Source of the DNA: Hydrolagus affinis
Lineage: Eukaryota
Length of the DNA stretch: 64,000 bases
Direction of reading: 5' to 3'
NCBI GenBank assembly: GCA_012026655.1
Contig: JAAILG010000878.1
Span: 1-64,000, forward strand
The notes under the pieces were generated by a model. It had not been told where the DNA came from, made no database searches, and saw only the letters and a program-made list of their open reading frames with translations. The position numbers and the translations under genes were made by a program. This document shows, piece after piece, positions 1 through 12,070 of this stretch (within the stretch, counting starts at the first letter, position 1; each line of letters begins with the position of its first letter).

Positions 1-225
1 GGAGGGAGTGAGACAGGGAGGGGTAGGGAGGGTGGGAGGGCGAGAGAGAGGGAGGGGGTAAGAGAGGGAGGGTGGGGGAGAGATGGAGGGAGAGGGACAG
101 ATGCAGAGAGAGAGGGAGGGAAGGGGGGAGAGAGAGGAAGGGGGAGAGATGGAGGGGCGGAGAGAGGAGGGTGGGGAGACATGGAGGGAGGGAGGGGTAT
201 AGAAACAGGACAGGGAGCGAGGCAT
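1..225. repeat. Purine-rich (GGGA/GAGA) low-complexity tract with G-quadruplex potential
   Basis: Almost entirely G/A, with many GGG/GGGG runs. Confidence 0.85.
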
Positions 226-344
226 GAGTTCAAATGGTGGGGGGCATTGCTTCTTGTGTCTTCATATACAGTACTGCCCACTTCACTTTACAGTATATTT
301 CTGTGAAGCAGGTTGAGACGTCTCAAAGAGTTATTTGGGGAGGA

Positions 345-460
345 TCGTTTTTCAAGGTTATGGGTAGAGAGCGGGGGATGGGAACTGATTTGGAAAAACT
401 CTTCGCGAAGAGCCAGTACAGGCACGGTTGTCCGAATGGCCTCCTTCTGTATATCTCTAT
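345..460 (+). mobile_element. CR1-type LINE 3' end fragment
   Basis: 'gaagagccagtacaggcacggttgtccgaatggcctccttctgt' matches the CR1 3' UTR seen at 4920-4990. Confidence 0.65.
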
Positions 461-865
461 AAACCCTTGATACAATGTTCAAGCTTGTTTTCAAAAGTAA
501 TTGGTGTTTTTATAAGCTGAAAGGAAAATATTTTCTATTTGTGACTAAGTGAACCCATCCAAATCTGAAATACATGATATCAAATGCAAGGATTATTATT
601 ATTTACAAGACTATCATTATCCCACCCACCCTCTCCAACTTGGATCTCACAGAGTCTATTGCCAATGCTGTGCTATGGGTTTGCAACATTGTCAGAGCTA
701 CCGCCCTTCAGATGAAATGTTCAAATCAAGTTCCCATCTGCCATTTCAGGTTGGATATTAAAGATGCCATGGCACGGTTCAAAAGGAGAAAGGAATTACT
801 CCTGGTGTCCTGCCAACAGTCCCCCAAAATAAAATTAGATATTCACTTCATGTTTGGGAAACATT

Positions 866-1290
866 GCTACTCACTGACTTCCACCATCTCCGTAACATTG
901 CCATACTCTGCCACTGCCTCACCCCTCAGGCTGCCAAAACTCTCGTCCACAAATTTGGCACATCAAGGCTCGACTATGGAAACTCCCTCCTCGTCAGCCT
1001 TCCCAGCTCTTCCCTTTATAAGTTGCAGATCATCCAGAACTCCACAGCTCGTGTCCTCTTCTGCACTAAGATCTGAGACCACATCACTCCCATCCTCACT
1101 TAGTTCCATTGGCTCCCCATCCCCCAGAGAATCGAATTCAAGATCTTCGTCCTCACTTTCAAGGCCATTCACCATCTTGCCCCCTCCTATCTCTCCAACC
1201 AGCTGACTCCCTATCAACCGGCCAGCCCCCTCCGTTCAGTGGGCTCTGGTCTGCTCCATGTCCCCTGCCCAACCCACTCTACCATCAGTG
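866..1290 (+). mobile_element. L2-clade LINE ORF2 C-terminal fragment (degenerate)
   Basis: Translates, with stops, to HHLRNIA..AAKTLVH..TSRLDYGNSLL..LQIIQNSTARVL..HITPIL..HWLPIPQRIEFKI, the typical L2 ORF2 C-terminus. Confidence 0.85.
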
Positions 1291-1321
1291 TTTTATTACA
1301 ATAAAAAAAACTATAGTCACT

Positions 1322-1612
1322 TTCAACACCAACAATGTATTTGCGTTGCAACTTTCACATCAGGAGGAACTACCAAGGTGCTGGACAGTCAGAAGGGACA
1401 CAAGGAGGGGATTGGGAGGAGGGATGGAAGGTAGGGCTAAAAGGGTGTCTGAAGGCGTGCTCGAAGAGGAGAGTCTTGAGACATGCCTTGAAGGAGGTAA
1501 GGGAGGGGACAAGCCAAGGGCCTGTGGAATGGAGCTCCAATGGGTGTGGGCAGAGAGGCTGAAGGCCTGACTGCTAATGCTGGGGCTGGCTGGGTGGGGG
1601 ACATGGAGCTCA
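1322..1612 (-). mobile_element. L2-clade LINE 3' end
   Basis: Starts with an (AAC)n-like tail 'caacaccaacaatgtatttgc..ctttcacatcaggagg'. The reverse complement matches the L2 3' region at 35250-35512. Confidence 0.8.
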
Positions 1613-2194
1613 ATTTTCCTTTCCTGAGAAATTGACTATGCTTAGTAATATGAGAATATCCATTTACATGTATATGCAGTTTCCACTACCTAGTCTGGTA
1701 AATTTTCCAATATGGAAAATACATCTCATTATAGTGGCAGAGAATAGAGGGCTTTTATCTGCATTTGACCTTGATCTGAAACTGCTACTTGAGGCTGACA
1801 CTGGGTGATAAAAGTGAAACATTTTACACTTCCAATATTGATTTCCCAGATTGTGATGTGCATAGAATTTACTGTAAATCTAATTTTACTTAGAGATCTG
1901 AACAGGATTACAAAGCCTAAATCTAAAGCCTAAATATTTCAGAATAATCAAATCTCTTAAATCAAACCCAGATTTCACTTTAGACTTAAATACTAGAATC
2001 GAACTCAGCAAAAGTGACAGAGTATTTGTGAAACCTGGATTGTCCATGAGAAACAATATGTCACTACATGCAGGAAATAGTTCTGACCATGGCTGGGATA
2101 CATATGATTGATTTGAATTATCATTTGCAAATCTCTATTATCCAAGGCTTTATGGGTGTGATGAGCAGACACAAAATGACATTATGACATGTGT

Positions 2195-2610
2195 CTCACC
2201 AACAACAACAAAATGACATTTGTATAGCACCATTCACATTGGGAGGACAACAACAACAACAAACAACAAAATTGCATTGATAGAGCGCCTTTCACATCGG
2301 GGGGACTTCCCAAGGTGCTGGAGAATCAACACTTCATACCTGAGCTGGGGTCAGGATCGGGGAGGGTGGGCGGAAAGGAAGGGGACAGGTGTGACCGATG
2401 GGACCGTCGAAGAGGAGGGACATGAAGGAATCTAGGGAGGGGCGAGGCAGAGGGACCGCGGGACGGAATTCCAGAGGTTGGGGGCAGAGTGGCTGAAGGC
2501 TTGCACGCCGATGGTGGGGCAGGCGGGTCGAGGGACACGGAGCACACTGAGTGGAGGGAGTGGGCAGGTTGGTAGGGGGTTAGGAGGTCACAGAGATAGG
2601 GTGAATCTCA
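2195..2610 (-). mobile_element. Two adjacent L2 3' ends (short tail 2195-2250, longer copy 2248-2610)
   Basis: Two (CAA)n tails, each followed by 'cattt/gatatagc..tttcacat.ggg.ggac'. The longer copy continues into GC-rich L2 sequence. Confidence 0.8.
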
Positions 2611-4354
2611 TGTAAGAAGAGGAGAGGACAAACCCAAACAATGTGGAGAATGGTTTCGTAACATTATTATTACATAAGGTTTTCAAAACCTAATAGAAGC
2701 AGGTGACCTTCATTGAATTGGAAATAGTATTGATGTGACCAAAGAATGGGAAACATAAGTAATAGAATAGGTTGTGCCATTATAGGATGCATGTAGCCAC
2801 AGAGAAACAACATACAATTGGGAATATTTTTATGAATGCACAAGCATTTTGAAGTTGAAAATAACATATTCTGTTTTACATATATCCCTTTATAAGTTTT
2901 AAATAATTGATAGATATCAGTTCAAGCACTCAGAATGTTTTTTGATATAAATAAGTAATGTATTTTGATAATACCTCATTTTTGATATAAATAACACACG
3001 TCAAATAATATGAGTATGCTTTGCTAATTGCATTAAAGTAATCAATAATATATATCCTAGAACTTATGGCCAGTATAGAATCCATCTGGTGTTATTCATT
3101 TTTCCATCCCACATCCTTCCTACAGTATTAAGAAGAAACATAATACCTTCCCCCTAATATCTTTGTTTAGCTCGGAAGATGGTTTTTACCATCATTCATT
3201 CTTCAGAAATACTGTATGAATTAATGATAAGTATGGTGACCACATGCTTGCACAGCATATTATATCTATAATAATCCTTGGATTTGATAAAGAGCCTTTC
3301 ATGTCAGGAAGATGTCTCAAAGCACATCACAAGATTTACTGTAAAGTTTGTGGTTTGTAGGTGAATGTCAGTCTGATTTATAAATGTTCATTCTAACCAA
3401 TTGGGAAGTTGGTTCCTGGGGCAATCTTGTACAAAATGCTCAATAACAATACATATTTAGTATAGACAAAATATTTGATATTACAGTACTTTCAAAAAAA
3501 TTCCCTTTGCTGCTCACATGATTACTTTACAGTGTTAAAGATTAAACCTTGAATGCCACTGGACACTAAATAACTACACTACTGATGACTTGTAGTAGAG
3601 GGCGGATGAAAGCCTAAGATACACTATAATTAGAAAGGTAAGTATCTGGAAATAACACTGTCAAATTATATCAATATTAAGAGAGAGAATAATTAATATT
3701 TAGAATAATTGTACATTAGAAATCTGACTGAAGGTTCCATATGATTTAATAAAGTAAAGGAAGAAAGAAATCTGTCTATTACTTTTAACTGAGGTTAGAT
3801 TAGATCTTTAAAATCATTCCTTTATTATCAGGCATTTGAAAATAATGAATAAGGGCTTTATATATTATGCATTTTTTTTACTAGCAACTATTGGTGTTGG
3901 AATATCATTTTTTTTAAAAGTTATTCTCAGTCGAGAATTACTATTTTTTTCTCTCCCTTTACCCCTCTTTTCCTGAGGGTGGTAAATTGTGATGGGATAC
4001 AATTCTGCAGGTGACAGCAACCATCTTGTATCTTGCCCAATTGGCTATTTTTCTCCCCAGTTTCCACATGTGTATTTTCTAAGCGGTATTTGTACGTGTG
4101 TGTGTGGGGAGAGATAATTGGATAATGATCAGGACCGAGAGCCAAGCCTTGACCAAATTTTTTCTTCTCTTAAACTCTAAAGCAGGGATACAAAGGCTCA
4201 TTTTGACACACCTCACTGCTGCTCTGTCTATGATCTGTGGAATTGGCACGCATAAGGATTGTTACATTTTGGGGCTTGATATTTTTGTTGAAGAAGTTGT
4301 AAACTAAACAGTAATTATTTGCAGTTTGGATTATTACAATATTAGTTATTCAAT

Positions 4355-4990
4355 GTGAATAATGTGTGGTGATGCATTTTGGGAGGAAGAATGAGGAGAG
4401 GCAATATAAGCTAGATAGTACAATCTTAAGTGGGGAGTTGAAGGAACAAAAAGATCTAGGGGTTCATGTAAGTAAATCTTTGAAGGTGGCAGGACAGGTA
4501 AATAAGGCTGTTAAAAAAGCATACAGAATACTAGGCTTTATAATTGGGGCATAGAATACAAAAGTCAGAAAGTTATGATTAACCTGTTTAAAACACTGCT
4601 AGAATATTGTGTTCAGTTCTGAGTACCACACTTTAGGAAGGATGTTAAGGCATTGGAAAGGGTGCAGAGGAGATTTTGGTTATGAGCAAAGACTAGAGAG
4701 GCTAGGATTATTCTCATTGGAGCAGAGAAGGTTACGAGGAAACTTAATAGAAGTTTTCAAAATGATGAGGGGATTCGATAGGATAAACTGGGAAAAACGT
4801 TAGGGTGGTGGAGGCAGATTCAATAACTTTTAAAAGAGAGGTGGATGGTTATTTGGGGAGGACAAGTTTGCGGGGTTATGGGAAGAAAGACGTGGAGTGG
4901 GGATTGACTTTGAATAGCTCTTTTCGAAGAGCTGGCACAGACACAATGGGCCGAATGGCCTCCTATTGTGCTGTAAAATTCTATGATTCA
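4355..4990 (+). mobile_element. CR1-type LINE, 3' part of ORF2 plus 3' UTR, frameshifted and internally deleted
   Basis: ORFs 4366/4609/4805 read VMHFGRKN..KDLGVHV..KKAYRILGFI..EYCVQF..LGLFSLEQRRLRGNLIEVFKMMRGFD. Ends 'gggccgaatggcctcc...aaattctatgattc'. Confidence 0.92.
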
Positions 4991-7365
4991 AGAGGCACAG
5001 TTTTAAAAAATTGTTTGAAATCATAACTTAATGAAGGCAAGGCCCTCCTCAAATTCCAGTTCCAGTTGACACTTGAAATGAAAATTCACTTTACTGGCAT
5101 TTTCAATTGATAAATGATTTAAAAAATTTTTTATAACTCAGTTTCATGTACTACTGTTTAATGCATTTCTGAATCGATCAAACTATATGACTCAATCTGA
5201 GATAATGGTTCTGTTTTTGCCTGAGAGAGCAGTGCTGGCATCTGTTGGCTATTAAATAGTATAGCAACAAATATACCTGAGCTTTCAGACAGGAATATAC
5301 TCACGTGATGTCTGATCGTGTCATATGACTGAGTCAGCCGATCAGCAAACTACTCGAGCTGCTACGTGTTTCAGGCCTATTTCTTGGTGGATCTTACTGT
5401 ACCATATAGAGAAACACAACACTGTAGGTTTGGTGTACATCAAGGAAGTTCACATTATTAATGATTGATTTACCTAAACCACAACATAAAACTATGAATA
5501 TTTATTACAAACATAAAACATTTAGCTCTATGTGTAACTGTTGTGTTTTCACACTCGATTCACTTCAGGAAATACTGTATGACTGAAATGTTATTCTTGG
5601 TGGGGCAGGACTGTGATAAGCTTTCATATTGCTTCTTGTCAAATCATCAAAAATATAAGTGCATGAAAAGTGTTAAGTGCCCTTAAGAGTACTCCCTTCC
5701 CAGTCAGTTCACCTTAAACCAGCTGACAATTTCCAAACCAACCACTGATACTCTTCATGACCATGTGTGCGATGTCCTACCAAAAAACGCGTGCATATAC
5801 TGTGTGCTGTTAACCTGTCCGCACTCCCAATAAAGATGGGGAGGGAGGGTACAAGACCCCACTCATAACTGCGCCCCATAAAGGACGGCAGAACCCCAAA
5901 GGCAGGGAAGCCATCGGCCTTCCGCTAAAGTGGAGGTGTGTTGATACAGCTCCCTAACTCCCTCTCCCCCGGTCACAAAGGTCTAGGTCTGTTGCATCCT
6001 ATAAGAGGATAATAATAAAGTGTTGCATTTCTTCTTTCTGTCATACAATTTGATTAATTTTTAGATAAATGTAAATATATATCTACTAATGAATATATAT
6101 TTTATTTTTAAATTGTGGGGTGTGGGAAGGAGTCAGAGAAATAGTTGGTGTCAGCTACTTTACAATATATAGGGAACTCCAAAGACCTCCTGAGAAAATG
6201 ACTGAAATATGAAAGAAAGGCAGAGGGTTTTGGTTGTACTTGGCCATTTAGAGGGGCATAGCAAATCAATTTTCCCATTAAGATTCCAATCTTAGAAGCC
6301 ATGTGACTCTAGTAAGGCACTAGAGTCAACACACTTCCCACATACAGTGTGATAAAATCAGAGGAATATTTTCGCCTCCAATTTTTTTTGGTACCACTCC
6401 CAGAGGTAGGTTGTAAAGCAGATCAACAGAAGCCTGAAATAATGGCAACTGCTTGATCACTTGGCTGTACAAACTGCAGGGCCTATCAAGATCAGAATAA
6501 GAAAGAAAATGAGAGGAGAAAACACAAGAAAACTAATGGTCTCATTTTAATCTTTTGTTGTCAAGTCAATGTCTCTCATAGTGCCTTAAATAATTAAATA
6601 ATATATTTAATTGTCTAAGTGTTTGTTACTATATCAATCCATATGTATTAGAAAAACATATCTACCTACTTCTGCGTTAATTGCACTCAGGATTTGATTT
6701 CAATACCCGTCACTGAGAATAAATTTCCTATTGAAACATAGCTTTCAGAAATGTGAATGCAATTCGGCAATAATCAACCACCAAACATCATCAATCACCT
6801 TTTCCCCCTCATTTAGGCGGATGTTCCATTAAACATGAGTGGACATTATTGAATCCTGTGGAAGTGAGCTATCGGATACTGCATAGATAAAAAAAAATTA
6901 AGATGCTCTTACACCCGAAAGAGCAGCTAATGGACAGGGTAAATGTTGTTATGATTCAAATCTCAGAAATAAAGCAGGGAAAACTGCCAAGGAATCCATT
7001 AATAAGTGCAAAGTTGAAACATATGAGGCATTAAAATATTAAGGGTGGCATGTTCTATTTTTCAATGATGGTTCAAAAACCAGATTTTCAGGAAGATATA
7101 TGTCTTCTCAGCAGTAGTAAGGACAGACATGTGCGTTACTTTAAATAGAATGACATTCAATTATTGTTAGTCCTGAAAGAGCCTGGCAGTTTACAGAGCT
7201 TTTGCTTTTAGAGTCTGTACATGTCATGGCAAGAGACAAAATTGTTGCATTTGCAAAAAGCCTGCGAAATTGGTGACATAGGTGCATCCAGCATTCTCCG
7301 AATGTTAAGGATATTAAAAAAATCACTTTACAGGGATTAGTAAATTATTATATAATAATAATATA

Positions 7366-7687
7366 TAATAATAATCCTTGCATTTGGTTTAGCGCTTCCA
7401 CATCTTATCAACGTCCCAAAGCGTTTCACAGAATATCCTATAAAGTGAATTGACTGTACATATTTGTGGGCGAATCGCGGCAGCCAAATTGCGCACAGCA
7501 GTGTCCCACAGACAATCATGGATTGAAATGACCAATTTCATTATTGTGGTTTTTTTGGAGGGGTTATTATTAGGCGTGTGGAGTAAGGAAACTTGCCCAA
7601 GGTTTCACCCTGACCTGCCTGGATTCAAACACAGGTTTCCCCAGCTTGCAAGACAAGTGCTCTAACCACTGAGCCACAGGAGCTCCA
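7366..7687 (-). mobile_element. Full-length ~320-bp tRNA-derived SINE with (ATT)n tail
   Basis: Reverse complement: A-box 'tggctcagtggttagagcac', B-box-like 'gtttgaatcc', 'ccttgggcaagtttccttactc', tail 'aaatgcaaggattattat'. Several copies in the window. Confidence 0.88.
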
Positions 7688-8591
7688 TTTTATAGTTTAA
7701 AATATCTAATACTGGGGATTCTTGACAGGCCAGATAGAGGTCTTTACTGTGTCTTCAATCCCCACATCCTTTTGGCTCTTGTACAGTCCAGCGATTTAGG
7801 GATAATGATGTATTTCTGACGAGATACCATGTGATGGAAAAGAAATACATAAAATTACATATTGACTGTAGATAATATATAATAGTATAATATAGTAAAA
7901 TAATAGGAAAATGGTCATGTATGAGACAAACGAGGAATGGTAAGTAAGTAACTAACTGGATCCTGACATTCAGTAAGTATTTGCAAAAAGTCTTTGTGTT
8001 TGTTAAAAACTTTGAAATGTTTCCTGTGTGTTTTCTCACACACTAAATAAAAGTACCACCCAAAAGCTATGGAAGTATAGCAATTGTACTGCCAATTTGC
8101 TAAATCAGAGATTGTCTTTTACATCACAACTGTGGGTATCAATCTTTGAAATAACACCCTTGAGACATGGTTTTAATGGAATTATTTCTATTCCGTAAAT
8201 GGGCTCAGCAGAATTTGCTCACTGTGTAAACTAACAGCTGTCTTCTCCTCACTCATTCACTAATGGGAAAACATGCCCAAAGCAATGAGCATTTCCTGAG
8301 CAACTACATTCCCACCAATGAAAGGTATATGGATCCTGTAGTCATCATGACAAGATTAGATACAATCATCTAATTTCAGAATTGTAAACAGTGCTTCATT
8401 TACGATTTGTGCTTTGCTCGTTCATCTAGTTTCCGGTTAATGTAAAGCTGTTATTAACAAAGCTAATCAAAATCTAAGGTAATTCACAAAGGCATTTGGC
8501 TGCTGAAATAAGTCATTAGTCTCCACCTTTGTAGATAACAATCAAAGCCACAATTAGAATACTATGTATAATTTGGGGCATCACACCTCCT

Positions 8592-8830
8592 CAATAATAA
8601 TCTTTGCATTTATTATAGCACCATATCACATCAACACAATCACAAAAGACTTCACATAGCAGATATTGTTAAATATTGTACAATATAGTGATGGTGTCCC
8701 ACAAACAGCCAGGAGGTGATTGACGCTCCTCTTTTCAAGATGTGTCAATAGTTATTTAAAGACCTGAACATGCAGATGGGACCTCAGTTTAATCTTTCAT
8801 CCAAAGGACAGAATCTCCAACAATGCACAG
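8592..8830 (-). mobile_element. Old DeuSINE (SacSINE1/AmnSINE1-like) fragment
   Basis: 'gcagatgggacctcagtttaatctttcatccaaaggacag..ctccaacaatgca' resembles the reverse Deu domain. Tail 'aataataatctttgcattt'. Confidence 0.6.
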
Positions 8831-9499
8831 ATTTGGCCAACCTAATGTGGAGTTGTATTATGTAGTTTAGAGGTAGGTCAGTATTCTTAAAGCATTACAA
8901 AAAGTGAGAAATATAGATTGTAAACTGATTAAAATGAAAATAAATGGTCATAATTTTTTCACATTGAGACAAGCAAAAAGATGGTATTTCTTCACAAAAA
9001 GAATGACTGCACTGAAAATATGTGAAGCTTGACAGGACTATTGCAAACATTTCAACAAATGTGCTGTCTAATACTGGAGGAACCCTAGGGAAGCGTATTA
9101 AAGAATAAAAACATCAATCTGTGTTCTTTTACAACTACCCCATTGTGCCTGAAAAGCAGATGTGGTGATCTATCACCCTAACTAAACCCACTGCCACTTG
9201 GTTAACAGTTAGAAATAGGACACTGGACTGGATGACATATGCTCTTTCGGGATCTGAAATATGACAGCTAGTTTCACCTTCTGTCCTTCTGCCACCTTCT
9301 TTGCTGATTCCCAGGATAGTTTCCCTCCAATTCAATTTTAAATCAGTCTAATTTCCTGTCCAAGGTTAAAAACTAAACTGCTTGCATTGTCATGTGAATT
9401 CTCTATAGACTATTTTTTTAAGACTCCATACAGACAATGAAAATTAACACCATCATAGGAGGAAAACTCCTCTCGTTTTTCCTGACATTACTCTGTCTG

Positions 9500-9573
9500 T
9501 CCTCTGGGACGTCCTCCCATTGTGAAAGACGCTCTGTAAATGTAATTTTGTTGTTGTATTTTGTTGTTGTTGT
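9500..9573 (+). mobile_element. L2 3'-terminal fragment with (GTT)n tail
   Basis: 'ctgggacgtcctcccattgtgaaagacgctctgtaaatgtaattttgttgttg'. Confidence 0.7.
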
Positions 9574-10185
9574 CTATAAGAAACAAGGCTTTTGTTCAGT
9601 TCTAAGTTGCAGCCTAGCTCTTTATGTATTTTGTACTCTTAAGATCAGTTCAAATCAGTTAAATTTGGAGAAATAATTGGATGTGGTATTCAATTCAATA
9701 CAGCCTTGTATGTACTGTATGTTGTAATATTGATCATTTGCATTTATATAGTGCGTTTCACATAAAATAAATGCATTGAAGTGTACAAATTAAAAGGGAG
9801 GCTAATCTCTGTGAGCTGCCTCCTACAAGCAACAAATAAATGAATAGCTAATAACATTTAATTTGGGGATTACTTTAAATAAGGTGGGAATATCATCGAG
9901 GTTACCCACGAGAAAAACGTTATGTTTCTTTGAAATAGCAATGGCATTGTAGTCCCTTTACAGTCATCTGAAGCATAATAGAGATAGATGGAACCTAACT
10001 TAATAACACAATACAAAAATGAGATCATGTCCTGGAAGTAAATAATAAACTTGTATTGAGCATAGACTGTTGTTTTATTGGCCTAAATGTTATCTTGAAA
10101 AGTATCTATAGACTGTTGTTTGTTGCTTTACAGTAATTCACAAAGAAGTTTTTGTCACCAAGATCCAAATTCACAGCTGCAATAC

Positions 10186-10448
10186 TAATAATAAGTCTTG
10201 CATTTGAGGCAGCTCTTTTCACGTCTTCTGGATGTCTCAAAGCGCTTCACAGAGTAAAGTGAAGTGACTGTGGGGGAAACACGGCAGCCAATTGCGCATA
10301 GCCGTGTCCCACAAACAATCGTGGATTGAGATGACCAATTTATTATTATTGTTTTTTGAGGGATTGATATAAGCATGTGAAGTAAGGAAACTTGCCTAAG
10401 GTTTCGCCCTGCTTGTAAGGCGAGTGCTCTAACCACTGAGCTACAGGA
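10186..10448 (-). mobile_element. tRNA-derived SINE, same family as 7366-7687
   Basis: Same head ('cctgtagctcagtggttagagcactcgcc'), body and tail. Confidence 0.85.
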
Positions 10449-10869
10449 TTACGAAAATTCACTTTCCCCAGAAATAGTGGGTAGTATTAGTGTGCAAACA
10501 GTGACTGTTCCTGCGTAGACATAGCAGTCGTGGTTTGTTACATTGAAATACCATTGACCGTGTCCATTATCAAAGTGGACTAAATTTACCAGCTCACAGA
10601 CTATTATGTGCTAATTGTTGAAGTCCAATGGTGCCAACCTCTAAAGTGATTGCAAGCTGAGGTAGATAACAAGCCAAGAGTGTAGCATGTTGTATGCAGA
10701 CAATCTGCTTGGATGCTTGTGCTTTCTTAGAGAACAATTAAAAAAAAATCTTTGCATTTGGGCATAGTTGTGTAGTTCAGTAATCCACCTCTTGTGCCCA
10801 CTGCACACAAGACAAATTTTAAATTCCTTGTGTTGATGCTGATTGGAATGGAAAAGTAACCACCTGGAA

Positions 10870-11260
10870 CAAGCTCCACTATCTCTCCTCTCAGATCCTA
10901 CCTTTCACAATGTCTCAACTTTTTCTCCACAAACGGCTTCTCCTCCAGCCCCCACACCATCCTGTGCAGTATTACTCAGGGTTCTGTCCTTCTCTTAACT
11001 TCACTGTGTACCTGCTCCCTCTTGGTGGCATCATCCACAGACATATGGTGTACTTCCACATGTATGCAGGAGATACACAGCTCTGTCTCTCTCTGCCTCC
11101 ACCCTCAACTCCAGGGCCACTGCTGTCTTCACAGAATGTTGCACACAGCCGTATCAAGTCTTAAATGAGAGCTAACTTTCTCAAGTTACACGTCAACAAG
11201 ACCGAAGCCTTCCTGATTGACTCCCATCAGTTTCTCCACACCTCCGGCAACAACAAATTA
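10870..11260 (+). mobile_element. L2 LINE reverse-transcriptase fragment (degenerate)
   Basis: YLLPLGGIIHRH..FHMYAGDTQLCLS is a decayed YADD motif, followed by '..IKS*M..NFLKLHVNKTEA'. Confidence 0.8.
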
Positions 11261-11997
11261 CACTAGTATAGCACCCTTCACGTTGGAAACTTTAACACCA
11301 CCTTATATTTGCTCCACCATGCTACTGAAAACGTTGATCTATGGATTACTTACAGAGTGCTTTGTTGTTGCTCAGGAACTGACTGTCAATGATTCTGTTA
11401 GATTTCAGCCGCTGGGGGGCAGCCTTACCCGAAACCAGTAGTGAATTCTATTTCTCAGGCCAATTTCATAGTTATTTGTTAGCAGAAAATACTTCAAAAT
11501 AAATAAATTTTATAAATACTACAAAATGAAAGCTATTTTACTTTAAATGATCTTGATCCTGTTGACTCTGCAAAATAAATGACCGCAAAGTAAAATAAAT
11601 GATCAAGTGTTGTTTTTCTAGTTTTGCTGAAGGCAAAACTCAAACTGAGTTTTGAGGCTGGGAAACAGAGAAACAATATAGGACATGCTTTGTTTATCAG
11701 CTATCCTTGCTCCATATATTACATGAACATGTGTGCCACTTTGATTGGAAGATGTAAACCATTTAGAAGATCAATACATTGCATTTGACTTATGAACCCA
11801 TTTTGCAACTCCATTTATCTGCAAATCAATACAAAGATTTTTTTCTCTCTCTACAATCAGTTCCCCTGTCACATAAACAACTTACCCAATTTATAGCATG
11901 AATTTCCCGAAGCTTACAAAGAGATGTACACAAATGATTCAGTGCCAAATGGAAATAAATGCTTGCCTCAATGTGTACTGACATAAGGTCAATAAGT

Positions 11998-12070
11998 TCA
12001 GTGCCTTGGGATGTCCTCCCGACGTGAAAGGCACTCTACAAATGTAATTTTGCTGTTTGTTGTTGTATTG
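11998..12070 (+). mobile_element. L2 3'-terminal fragment
   Basis: 'gtgccttgggatgtcctcccgacgtgaaaggcactctacaaatgtaattttgctgtttgttgttg'. Confidence 0.7.

Noticed and set aside
574-1570. Long ORFs 574-1206 (210 aa) and 1109-1570 (153 aa)
   Set aside because: Alternative frames across decayed L2 sequence; Ser/Pro-rich and not gene-like.
3581-3612. CTGATGA...GAAA resembling a hammerhead ribozyme core
   Set aside because: No closing G-C pair for stem II, and no convincing stems I/III.
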